64,000 bases of DNA from Bigelowiella natans CCMP2755 (taxonomy: Eukaryota > Protista > Cercozoa), in contig ADNK01000166.1 in assembly GCA_000320545.1 (NCBI GenBank), positions 25,109-89,108 of the forward strand. Direction: 5' to 3'. Below, piece after piece: positions 1 through 12,969 of the stretch. A program made the translations under genes and the position numbers. Under the pieces are notes generated by a model, which worked only from the letters and a program-made list of their open reading frames with translations, made no database searches and was not told the DNA's origin. Position 1 is the first letter of the stretch. Every line of letters begins with the position of its first letter.

Positions 1-1940
1 AAAAAACAAAATCAGGAAGAGCCGCAAAAGATCGCGAAAGGCAGCAATAGCAAAAGCCCTGCTGGGAAAGACAAGATCGAGAAAGGGGGTCCAAACAGCG
101 CCTCCGCAAACGAGACCAATGTCGGGGCTAACGATAAGATTGATAACAAACTGAAACTTCCAAACTCTAGAAAGCTAGCAGCAGCGACAGGACCGAAAAT
201 GCCTGATTCAGGCCGCTCGCACAGTTCTACGCAAACCGGCAGATCAGAGGGGGCACAAAGCGTCAGCTTGAGGTCGCTCATAGATTTCGATTTAGATGAA
301 GAAATGAAGCGCCGTGATGATATCGACGCTGAAGATAGTGGCCACCAGAATGGGGAGGGTGACGCTGCAGCGCCTGCAGCTGCTGCTGCCTCCGCAACAA
401 CAACAGGACTTTTCTTCAGGGACCCCAATGAAGGTGCGGATGATTCAGACGAAAAGGGCAACACGAAGAAAAACGGCCTCCTCATCAAATTAACATCGCC
501 ATCGATGCATGAGGCGATTCTGTCCCACGATGGTGATGATAATGATGAGAGAAAGAATAGCGCAGGAGCTGATCTCGCTGAAGGACAGGTCGGCAGTAGA
601 TCGAAACCAGGTGGGAGGGAAGCAACGACGACCCAAAACGGCCACTCTGATGCAGGAGGCACTCCCAACGGCCCTGGTTATTATTACAACAATGAACAGC
701 ACATTCCTGCTCGTTCTCATCTGCAACAACGATACCCTCCTCATCACCCAGCTTCAAGCATCTATGCGCAGCAGCAGCAGCAGCAGCAGCATCAGCATCA
801 TTCCCAGAATTTAGGAGATGGTGGTGCTGATCGAGGATATCGCTCGTATCACACGGGCCAAATTCAACGCTACAAGAGGACTCATCCCTCTCCGTCTCCT
901 CACCATTACCAGCAGCAGCATCCATTCGGTCAGCATGTTGCACAGGGGGGGGGACATCGTCCCGCTCACTATCATGCAGATGACGACGACGACGATGATG
1001 ACGATGATTTGGTGGCGCTCTTCCATCCTGGCTTTGCAAAGCGGCGTGGAGACCACCACCGTCGTCACGGCCGTCATCATCCGCAGCGCGGGGTAGAAAG
1101 TGTGCAGCCGGGGCAGAGCGGAGGGAGGGGCCGTCCTTCCACAGAGACAATCTCAACAACGGAAGCTGACAGTGCCTATGCGACGCGACTTTCGCGTGGT
1201 GGAGCCCGCGAAAGAAAGAGGGCCTCACGCGCTCGCTACCCTCCCCACGGAACGCAGAACAGCAGCCAAAGAGACAATAGCAGTGGCCGTGGGAGGGGTG
1301 GGAGGTTGCGCAGCAACAGCAGAGACGAAGAAGGTGACCACGCCAGACTGTCAATGTCCTCCTCCTCCTCCACGGACTCCGAGGACCTTCTCATGGCACT
1401 CAACTCCCTCCCAGCGACGACGTATCCAGCAGCAGCGGCATCAGCAGCAGCTAGAAACCGCCTGACCACAGGCTTTGAGTCTAGTAGGACCGCGGAGGGC
1501 ACGCGGAGCTCACGGTTGCATAAGCAGCCCACAGCAGCAGTCATCGCGCCGGATCAGTCGATGCTGCGGCGTGGGCGCCGCAACTTCTTCGGTGAGAGAA
1601 AACGTGATGATGATGCTTCCGAAACGCATCTTGACGGCAGCAGTCTTTGTCGGTACAACGTCGGCATCGTCGAAGCAGATCGTAGCGGTCCCCGGCACAG
1701 GTGCGCGCAGGTGACATGCCCCCTACCCACGCAGCACACCTCGTATGAGAAGGAGGCGGCCATTTTCCACCGATCCGGACCGCCGAAGGACATCCGGCTG
1801 CATCATGTTTATGGCATGTCGTCGTTGTATCATCATGGCCCGGCGCAAAAGGCCTGGTACTGCGGGCCGAGAAGGGATGGAACTCCAGGCGGTTTTGTCT
1901 TTGCATCGGCAGCGCTTGGAGTTGTGCAACATGAATATAG

Positions 1941-1983
<43 letters not shown>

Positions 1984-2481
1984 ATTTTTCGCTTTTTTCT
2001 TCTCCTCTTCTTCTCTGTCGTACTATATATGTAAGCCTAGTGCCCGTGAATGTGTGTATATATGTTTAAAGCACTTTCTCCTCATCATTTTCCTTGTGCT
2101 GCTGCTGCTCCTTTTTCTTCTTCTTCTTCTTCTTCCTCTTCCTCGTCGTCCCCACCACCTTCCTTTTCGCGCCTAGGCCTCTACGCATCCGCTCGCACGA
2201 GACCACTACCGACCCGATCCAGCGTTTCTTCCGCGGCCACAAATCCGAGCGAATCGAATGCATGGCGCTCAATCGCTCCCGCACCGTGGCAGCCACCGCG
2301 TCCCGGACCCCATCATCGTCGCCATCGTCATCGTCCTTCACCGTTTTCGTCTGGCATCTACATGGTGGGATGCAGCGGGTGTGCTCGTTCCAGCTCGGAT
2401 TCGACAACGTCTCGGCCCTGGCCTTCAGCACGGACGACAAGGAGAATGCTCTGTTCGTGGCAGGGAGCCGGTTAGTAGTAA

Positions 2482-2516
<35 letters not shown>

Positions 2517-2885
2517 AGATCGTAGGTGGTTGCGCATGCGGCACGGCCGCACTGAGGCAGAGCTTTATAGACTTTCAGCTGTGATCATGCGACTTTATGT
2601 GCACGCAGTGTTGGGCTGTCCTTCTCCGCTCTGCTGCTGCTACTTTGTCGTTGAATTACATGTACATTCAGGTGCAACAGGCCGACGTTGAGCGGCTGGT
2701 ACTGGCGAGAGCACAAGCACATGATGGACATTCGACTCCCTATTATTAGCTCCTACTCGCAAACGCAGGGGGGGGGCGGGGAAGGAGATGGCGGCTTTAC
2801 AGCACCTGGTAGTTAGTAAACTGTGATTGTGTGTGTGTGAGAGAGAGAGAAAGAGAGGGAGAGAGAGAAAGAGAGGAAGAGAGAG

Positions 2886-2925
<40 letters not shown>

Positions 2926-4300
2926 CAACGACGATGAATGTTCCTTGCAGTTTAGCTTCTTTCTTCCCTTATACGCTACGTCTGAGAGCACTTAACATCA
3001 TCTATGCTAGCCAATGATTGTGTTCTATGTACCACTACCTGTTTCCCCTTCCCCCCCCCCCCCACTTTCTCTTCTCCAATCATATCCCAACGTTGGCATC
3101 AGGCATTGTTGGAATGTCTGTGGAGTCTATCATCGCAGGAGGAGATCGGTACATTATTGCGTGCTTGTTATTAGCAGCCCTTCGACTGGATGGAGACCCT
3201 CTTCCCTTTTCTTCTATTTCTGGGAATCGTGTCATTTTAATTTGCTTCACCAATATACTGGTTACAACACTTTTAGTTTCTCTGATTTTACCTCCGTCCC
3301 TCCCCTTCCTATCTCTCTATCTCTCTCGCTCGTGATAAGGAGAACGGCAATGTTCCACGTGCTTGTCTGGGGCCGCTGTCACCTCTCCGTGTCGCTGGTA
3401 GGAGAGAACATCGCTTCTTCACAGGCTCTCAGCGTAGAGTCCCTGCCACCGTTACCGCAGCCAGCAGCGGGAGGGGGGGGGAGAAGTTCGGGGTCAAAAC
3501 AGGACAAAAAGGCGGCGGCAGCACCGTCACGGCCACGTGGCGCGCATCCGAGCAACTACGGTGGCGGGCAGAAGGAGAAACTGAGCCAGCACCTCATCGA
3601 GGCGGCGCTCCTCCTCCCTCCCCTCCCTCCTCCTGACCGTTCTTCGGCAGCTTCGAGCACCCAGCTGCTAATCAGCACAGATTGCGGGGCCCTATATCGG
3701 ATCGGTGCTAGTGATCTCAACGCCATCGTCGTCAGCGGCGCTCGTCGCCGACTTCCCGCTTCATTCTCCTGGGCTTCCGTGCCGCGGAACGACGTCGTTT
3801 GCGCCATGTGCGCCGCCAGCAGCGGCCCCAAGGGCGGCCGTGCGCAACACGACAGTATTTTCGCCGCAACGCGGGGCTGGATGCTTCTCGTCTACTCGGC
3901 AATGTCCTCAGCGCCGTTGCAGCCGCACTTCACCGTAAGCTTCAGGGAGTATCGATGCAGGCCGGAGATCTTCCGCTGCTCGCCCGCGCTTGAGTTTGGG
4001 TCGGACGAGGAGATTGTGGATACCCTTCTGGAGGGGGGAGGGCACCGTGCACCGGACGAGTCAGTTCTCCGCCAGCGTGGTAGTGGCGTCGGTAGGGTGA
4101 GGAGAGGGCGAGGGGGTGTTGTCGGAGTCGACGCTTGCTGTGGAAGAGCACTAGTCTCCATGTCCAACAATCAGGTCGACGTCAGAGTAGTAGTAGTAGT
4201 AGTCTTTTGCCATGTGGTGTGCACTCTTCACGTTGTGCTTTTAGTTGTGGTAGCAGTAGCAGTAGCAGCAGCATTATCAGTAGTGAGGCTCACGACACAC

Positions 4301-4339
<39 letters not shown>

Positions 4340-4371
4340 CACAAGACACTCAGCCATAGACACCTCGTCTA

Positions 4372-4430
<59 letters not shown>

Positions 4431-7400
4431 CTGCCAGATTTATGAGGTCGATCTCGCCCGCCGAGAAGCGTCCGTGGTACTGTATGGCGCTTGTGAGAGG
4501 CCCACTGATCTGGCGGGGACAACATCGCTGAACCGCGTGGCGAAGTGGATGCCGGAAGGAGAAGGTGGGGGAGGAGGGGGGGGGCCATCCTCCATCTTCG
4601 CGCTCTCCGCTCAAGTATTTCCTACAAGAAGACGACGCCGACACAGCAACGACGCCAGAGCCGCTAATGGCGGGGATGAGGACGATGGCGATGGTGGTGG
4701 CGACGACGACGATGAAGCAACAAGTCGAGGAGGGCGCGCATACGGCCTCGTTTATCTGTGGAATCTCAAGAAGAAGTTCCAGCTGCCGGTTATTCTAGTC
4801 ATGGATGCGCCTGTGAGCGCCGTCGCTTTAGGAGGCTGTGGGCCGTCATCGCGGAAATGGGGCGGGGGGAGGGAGGTGGGTAGAGACCGACCCGTCGGTC
4901 GTCCTCCTTCACTAATCCATCGTAGCTCTCTGCTGTCGCATGCCGCAAGTACTAGTGAGGAGACGTTGAGAGTAGCCATCGGCACACGGAGCGGCAAGAT
5001 CGTAGTTGTTCAATACCCTTCCGTCGTTGTGGAGACGAGTATCAACCTGAGCGCCTACAGCAGCAGCAGCAGCAGCAGCTTTCGGGGTAGCCATCAGGAT
5101 GACACCAAGTGGGTTGGTAGAAAGAGAACCTCGGCCCCTGCTGCATCCTCGTCTTCTCCGTCGTCGGCGTCGTCATCAGCCCCGCCGCCATGTGCAATAT
5201 CACTCCTAGAGCACATCTCCCTCCACACGTTAGCTGCTGCAACGAGGTGCGGGGAGCTCTTTCTCTACAATCTGAAGCAGAAATCGGTCAGTCCTGTCAT
5301 CCTGAAGAAGACGTCCTCACCGCCGTCATCATCACCACAAGCGGCGGCGCCAGCCGCAGGGAACAGCGGCCGAGGTCATAGCACCAAAGCCCCCGCGCCG
5401 CTCAGGGACAGCAGCCAAGTGTTGAGCGTCGAGCTGGATGCATCGTCCAGCCTGCTTTCTACATGCCACAGCAACGGGACGATGCGCTTCTTCAGAATCC
5501 GCACCCTCCCCTCGCAGGAGCTCTCGATGACATCTCCGGAGGTCCGAAACGCGGTCTGGATCCCCAGGAGCGGGCCCTTCGGCTATTGTATCCGCGGGGT
5601 TCTACTCAGCGGAGAAGACTCCTCCAACCCCTTGGCCCAGCAAACGCTCACATCATCCTCCTCCTTGCGGATGCACCAGCGGCGACGGCAGGGAGGGGAC
5701 GGGAAGGAAGAGGAGGAGGAGGAGGCGGAGGAGGAAGAGGGTCGGCCCTCCCCCCTAGCTGACATTGCTCTAGTTGTATCCGAGCGTCATAGGATCGTGG
5801 TAACGGCTGGTGGGTGGACGTCGATGTCGTCCGCGCCGTCGTCATCATCTTCGTCGTTAAGGCCAAGTAATACTGAGATAATCCGGGTAGCACCATTCCC
5901 GTGTCTCTTCAGTAGCACAAGAACGTTTGTACACTCGGCGCATTCGGCGGCGCGCCGATCCTCCTCCTCCTCCTCCTCCGCATCATCATCATCAGCAGCA
6001 GCAACACTACCAGCATCACCACCATCATTGCCCCGCCTTAAGCTGGCATTTACAGGGGCCGATCGTTTCTTGATGTCGACCTCACGAAGAGACCGCATCG
6101 CCGTTGCTTGGTTGGTAGTGCCAGCAGCAGCAGGAGCAGCAGCAGCGGCGGCAGACAACACCGCTCCTTCCCCATTCCTCTCGCCTTCCGTAATCGACGA
6201 CACGCACCAGCAGAGCCGGGACGGGTACAGTCGCAATGGTTTCCAGCACCACCACAGCGATGGCGATGATGGGAGAGAGGATGCCATGTCGCGCGCTTTG
6301 GGACTCGCAGCGTTCCACCGCAGCTGGCAAAGAGTCAGAGACGGCGGCGGCGGCGGCGGCGAAAACAGCCTTACTAAGGGTGACTACAGCGACGATTTGC
6401 AAGCTAGAAGAGGTAGGGGGGGGAGGGCAATTCATGAAGGTGGTAGGAGTAGTTATGGAGGACAGCTACGTGGCCACATCCCAGCGTTCGGAGATAGGGC
6501 CTGGGGCGGAGGAGGAGGAGGAGGGTGGGCCGGAGCTAAAGCCGCCGCCGCCAGCGGCGTCGGCGACATCGACCATGATGATGGCAGCTCTTGGGAGTAT
6601 GGTGATGGTGAGGAAGACGACGCTGGTGGCGACTCATCCTACTACTACAGCGAAAGCGGCGGCGAGGAGGAGGACGACGAGTATGATGACATAAGGAACA
6701 CCGGAAACCATTGGGAATACACCGATCCCAAAACGGGTAAGTAATCAAGGCGCATAATTTCGTGCACGCTCTGTGACAACGCAGGTTTATATCTGAACAC
6801 CATGTCTGTTTCTCCCCTTCCCACCCCTCTCCCCTCGTCCTCCCCCCCCCGGTCGCTTCCAGGTCAGCCATGGCGTCACCAATCACACCCCTACTTCAAC
6901 AAGAAGCGGCGGCGGGGGGGGGGCGGGGGGGCGCAACAACGCCGACCGCGCGCTCTTCGGCGCGGCTACGAGAAAAGGAGGGCAGAGCTGTCAGTTCCAC
7001 AGTTCCAAGCTCTGAGCAAGGCCCTGCAGAAGAAGCTCTCGGAGCAGACCGCTCGAGCGACGCTCCTGAAGACGGAGCATCAGCGCAGCAATAAGAGCTG
7101 CCAGCACCTGGAAAAGTACAGCAACCTCCTGGCGCGACATGTCGCGAGGGACCGCGCCGGCCATGCGATCACGAAGGAACAGCGCAGGCAGATACTCCGA
7201 CACCACTCCAAGATATCGCAGCTGAGCCTGCGCTTCCAGATGCCTATCGCGAGCTCTCGCGACAAGTGCAGCAGTAGTCGAAGCAACGCTGGTGGGGCTG
7301 TGAGTGGCAGCTCCAGGAAAAGCACGCTTTTCCACGCTTATGAGGAGAACAAACGGCTCAGAGAGGAATGCCTTCGCCTCGAGGCGATGGTCTCCCGGCT

Positions 7401-7431
7401 TCAAAAAGTGAAGAGGCACACCAGGAGATGA
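1..7431 (+). CDS. EML (echinoderm microtubule-associated protein-like) HELP/WD40 protein, multi-exon, 5' end outside the window; C-terminal WW-like motif and coiled coil
   Basis: Frame 1 is open from base 1. HELP-like motif IRLHHVYG...FVFASAALGVV (~1790-1940) splices to QRFFRGHKSERIECMAL...VFVWHL. WD-like blades lie in 3400-6120. Intron 6737-6862 (GTAAGT...CCAG) joins WEYTDPKT-G-QPW in frame. Stop at 7431. Some internal exon borders are uncertain. Confidence 0.7.
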
Positions 7432-8136
7432 CGACTCAAATATGCAATGGCAAGATTGCGCTCTGTGATGTGTGCGCGTGCATCGCATGCATATGAGATC
7501 ACAATTGCAAATACATGATTCAATCAGAATGTGAGGACTTGCGTACACATGCACGGACAATCAGGCACAAGTGACACAATATGGAAGACTCTATGCCAAT
7601 AATGCCTGACAGCACTTTGCGCATGAAATTGCAAGCAAAATGAAATGCCTATGCTAGAATGCTGCCCACTAGTTTGCCTGTCTAGCTGTGTGTGCGTGGT
7701 GTGCATTGCCATCTTTGTCACGGCACCGCAGCTACTTGCGTGCAATGCGCTCATATGTAAACATTGCAGCTGCGAGTGATGCGGACTAGCTAACAAATAA
7801 TGCACTTGAGTGCATCAAGTGCATGTAAAATGTAATGTTTGGCATGAATTAAAGGTCACTGTTGTGTGGTGAGACTCTCATGTTGCGAGCGTGCTAGCGT
7901 GGCTGCATGGGACATGCATGTTTCGATTGATGCGGGTAGCGTCAATTGCGCGCAGTTTTTGTTAAAGAAGGATCATGCAACTTGGCGGCGCACCCACATT
8001 CACAGCGCCCGACTGTGCCATTATTTTTTGCTGTGCGGACGACTGACCATGATGTCACTAATGGTAGCAATGTGCCTAACCACAAGATCGGCTGAAAAAT
8101 CATCATCTAAATGACGCTTGGAGGCACACAAAACGA

Positions 8137-8685
8137 TCAAAATTTGTCTGGAACCCAGAAAGTGTGATGCGAATCGCGTGCTGTAAGGCTTTCCAAATGA
8201 CGTTGGGCATCATCGCCCCGCGTTCCATTGACTGAACGATACATGTAACCCCTGTCCACATACTCACAGCGCTCCCATCCTCTGGATTGCTGTTCATCGG
8301 AGGGGATCCGTGGACGGAAGAGTGCCTGGCCAACCACACAGAAAGAAGCAGGGCAAAATTAGGCTAAGATTCTCGCTTAATTGATCCATAACAACCACTC
8401 GTAGGTGCAGGTATCTTTGACATGCTGGACGGAGGGAAAGAGGGGGGGGGGTGTACTACCGGTATTCCCTCAGGTACACGCAGCACCGCTCTTTTCCGAA
8501 CGAAAATAGCCGTCGCCAGTGCCTCAAAGCAATCCTGTGGTTGGTGCCCATGAAGCAGTGGTATCTTGTATTTTTTACCCCCTTACTCCCAATCTCACCA
8601 CCATGGCGAAAGCATTTTATTTGAATCCTCTCGTGTGCTTTGTTGTTGGCGTTGGCGATGACCCATCTCTCGCGCTTATCCATTC

Positions 8686-8728
<43 letters not shown>

Positions 8729-9141
8729 GCACACACCTGAGCTCCATCATATTCCACCTCTTTAGCATCTGAATCAATGAGCGGCATGCAAGAAGAAGAA
8801 CTGCTATTATTTCTCATACCGTTACTCCTTTATCTTCTCCTTCTTCTTCTTCTTCTTCTTCTTCTTCTTCTTCTTCTTCTTCCCCTACTCCTACTAGCAC
8901 ACCAACAAAGCATTTGTTCATCACCTGCTCCAAACTCGGCGATAATAATGATATCTGTCTGCCGTGTCTCCCGAGGATGTGCAGCGGGGGCAGGAGGGGA
9001 AGGAGGAGGGGTCCCTTTCTTCCTCTTCATGGAGAAGAAGACGTATCCGCACGGTCGTTGATTCAGCTGCTCCTTCTTATCTCTGCAAATTATGAAAGCA
9101 CGTGCATGTCCTCATTGACGCTGGTACATACTTGTCATATA

Positions 9142-9174
<33 letters not shown>

Positions 9175-9339
9175 CTGAGATCAACTTGTTCTGTCACACG
9201 TAGCAGCTGCCCATGCCAGGAGCAAGCATTCACTTACCTACCCCCCTCCTATTACTATCAGAATTGATCCTTTTTTTAAAAAAACCTCATACGATTTCCC
9301 CGCTCCCCCTCCCCCCCCTCCCCCTCTCTCGTTGGCACA

Positions 9340-9407
<68 letters not shown>

Positions 9408-9809
9408 ACACACACACACGGGTACACAGTCCCAAATACTACTACTACTTACTACCGATAGGCTAGCGCAACGGCTTCAGTGGCGTCATCATCGCCAAGG
9501 CCCAAGCTACTGCCTAGCTGCGGCCAGAGCCATCGCCTCCAGTATTCACTGCCGAGAGGCCATGATATAGCAAACGTGCACGCATTGTACGAACGGCATT
9601 TGCACTGGTGAGGATGGTGTTGGCCATCGAGATGACATAAACAAACGCGCCCATGGTCCTCCTCCTCCTCCTCCTCCTCCTCCCTCCGTCTCCCATGTAT
9701 CTTGCGGACTCTATTTTATTTTTCCGCGCTCTCTATAGCACTCGAACAATCCCGCTACTGCACTTATACACCACCACCAACTACGACAACAACTACCACC
9801 TACTACTGC

Positions 9810-9847
<38 letters not shown>

Positions 9848-10099
9848 TCTTGTACCCAGTTTTATACTACTACTACTACCACTACCACTACTGCGACTTA
9901 AATGTTTCAAGAAACAAAAGAACGTACTCCTTTCGTCTATGTGGTCCGATGAGTTGGCTGCTGTAGCTCCTGTGCATCTCTCTAATACATCATAACGGGG
10001 CAAGAGCAACATAGCATCGAGACTCAGGAGAGAGCAAGATAACACACGTACACACACACACACATTCTCCAATGTGTGTGTGTAGGAGAATGTGTGTAT

Positions 10100-10156
<57 letters not shown>

Positions 10157-11873
10157 TTATGTTATTGTTAAGGGAAAATCACTTGATTGCGGATTTCACT
10201 TCTTCTGGCAGCTCCCTGATTTTGAACAAGTGTGTGATCGGTGGTGTCCTACTTGTTGTGGCACCATCATAGGTTGTTGAATAGGAGGAGGATTAGTGTG
10301 CTTCCAAGTCGAGGAGGCACTATTCTGCATGCTGCATGACATATTTCACGACGATATTGACGTAAAGCTGCTTTCAATTACATCCATCTATCCATCCATA
10401 CAAAGACACGCAAACGATATGAGTTACACACACACACACACACATATCACCTGCTGTTCCTCGAATTTTTGGCATGACCATCATCCTCATCATCATCATT
10501 ATCACCACCAGCAGCAGCAGCACCAAGAGCAGCAGCTCTATTGCTTGCGTGAGTGTTTGGTGTGAAGAATAAGAATCTAGTTTCCGCACGCTTCCATCCA
10601 AGTTTCTCGTAGTATCCTGCGTATTTACTGTGAAGAATGGGAAGAAGTACGCAGTAGCCTCATCGACTGACTATTGTGCGGAACACTTGATATGTGGCGG
10701 TACAGGACATAGCAACACACTACCGAGAGGTTCTTATACTCTTCTTCTTCTTCTTCTTCTTCTTCTTCTTCTTCTTCTCCTCCTCCTCCTCCATTTTCTT
10801 ACGAGGAATGAAGTGAGGATATTGTCATGCTCGCCCTCCCCATATCGGAGACGGATTTTTCCAGAAGTCTCCTCGCATATCCCTGCAGGAGCAGCAGGCG
10901 CGGTGGAATCGGGGGGGGAAAGCGATACATAAACAAATAGCAGTAACAGAGGTAGCAAAAGTGGAAATTGTAGGTTTAATGATAGGGTTGGCATGGCGAT
11001 GACTGCCGTTGTCAAGGATTCGGAAAAGGAGTCAAAGTCTGAATTAAGGGCGGTGGCTTAAACTTGTGCAGCAGCGTGTGGGGAAAAATGCAAACAAGGC
11101 CGTCTTATTTCTAGTTTATTGGTATCCCCTCCCCGTATTTGAATATTACCTTACCACGGTGGCCAGGAAGGGTGCTCACCTCCGCAATACCCCTGCGATA
11201 GGATATAATGCAGTTTTTTGTGGGACTATACAGAACAAGGAGCAGATTATGCGCTTATGGGTGTGTGCGTATGCGCGCACGCGCGCGTGTGTGGGTGTGT
11301 GCGTTCGAGAGAAGAACTCACAAAGTAACGTGTCGATGATACTTGCTTATTTTTGTGTTCGCCGTGAAGCAATCGTCCTACCCTGCGTTCGCGACTTGAT
11401 TATCAGCGTCGCCCCTTCCTAGATATACCTCTCGCTGTAGTACACGCACAGTACTCACGATTCCTTCCCCCGGGACATCTGCATGGGGTGTGGCGGTGGC
11501 CACGATAAACAATGGGCGACAAAATATCTGTTTATGTATGCAAGCAGCCGAGCTTTTCAACAGTGCGGGCAGCTAAAAGTCGGGGATCAATCCCGAAATA
11601 ACCCCATAAACGGAGATTTTCTTTCCTCATACCTGCAATGTGGATGCTGTCGAAGTCAACACCGTTCGGTTCGCACGACAAATGTGATGTAAAATAGTTT
11701 GCTGGAGTCGTTGGAAAGCAGTTGGTCACGTGCTGAACCCATGCTGCAAGCTCACACTCCTTCAAGTACCGCAGGCACACCGTCGGACCACATCGCCGTC
11801 TCAGTATAGCATGGAGCACCCTACATGCACAGAGCAAGGTCGCTGCAGGCCCGACAACACGGCGAAGCATCAT
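8137..11873 (-). CDS. GNAT-family (Eis-like) acetyltransferase, multi-exon
   Basis: Spliced exons read IVSTVRVLQREVYLG / GIAEVSTLPGHRGK-GYARRLLEKSV (acetyl-CoA motif A) / YAGYYEKLGW / EMHRSYSSQLIGPHRRK-DEYWRRW / GYVFFS...IIIAEFGA, ending FWVPDKF*. Borders checked are GT-AG. Start codon tentative. Confidence 0.8.
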
Positions 11874-12969
11874 CGTCTCAACGAGGACGGACCGGGTGAA
11901 GGATGCGTCAATGGCCAAATAGTTTTTTTTGTGTTGTCGTACGGGTAAAACCCCATGTATTTTCTTCTTGGAATAGTTCACGCCGACCAGTGTGCTTGGA
12001 CACGACAACAATAAACAATGAACAATGATAAAGAACTACATTTCCAAAATGTAACAAGACATTAACATGTTTGTTCGAATGATATACGGCGACAAATACA
12101 TGCGACCGATGAAATGGAAACCAACTACATTCATGGAGCGTAATCGGTTAATCCAACTTGCACCGTTCCAAAAAAGCCAAAGAAATACATGCGAATAGCC
12201 GCGAACGCGAATAGCGACAACGAAACATAAGCCTTATAACGCAAAAAAAGGAGGGTGTCAATTCCATCGAAATCTGAAATAATAAATTGTCTCGATCTTC
12301 CAAGCCTTTACAGTAAGTTCGCTTGCAGATGAAAATTCTTATTTAGTCCATGAAGAGATCATGGAGATCTAAAGAGCACATCATTTGTTCAACTATCCAA
12401 AAATAAACACATTGTTTGTTCAACCTTCATTTCCAATTAAAAGCACCAAGAATAATATATTAGGAATGAGGTCTATTTAGTGTAAGCGACTTTATTTTGA
12501 TATGGATTCTGATGTCTTACGCGGCAAATAGCCGGGGCACGTGTTACATACAGTTTCTAAAGATATCGATTTGAAAATGAAGTCACTTTCACTAAATAGA
12601 GGTCATTCTTAACATTTAATTCTTGATGCGTTTTAATGAGTCTTAAAACAATTGTAGTTGTAGCACAGAAATGCGCTGCTGGTGTGCTGGTGCGGCAATA
12701 CGAGGCACATCGGGTAGGGAACATTTGTCTTAAATTTTTAGAAGGAATCATCTTGCATGTAATATTCATAAGCGACAATCTTATTTACAAAAAATCCTAA
12801 AATATATACGCCGTTTATTTTCCTCTCGAATCTAGAATTGTTCTGTTCAAGATTTAATTTTGGCTACCCCCCCCCACCATCTACGTAAAGAAGAGATATA
12901 GCCCGAAGATTTCGCGAATTCTCGCAGGTTCGGATATAATGATTTTATTATATCTCCGTTTTACGGTGC

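Noticed and set aside
10180-10375. In-frame TAG/TAA upstream of a GNAT exon, suggesting stop-codon reassignment
   Set aside because: These stops can lie in intron sequence, and ARF1, PSMA6, SmD3 and CWF18 all end at ordinary TAG/TAA codons at the expected protein ends.
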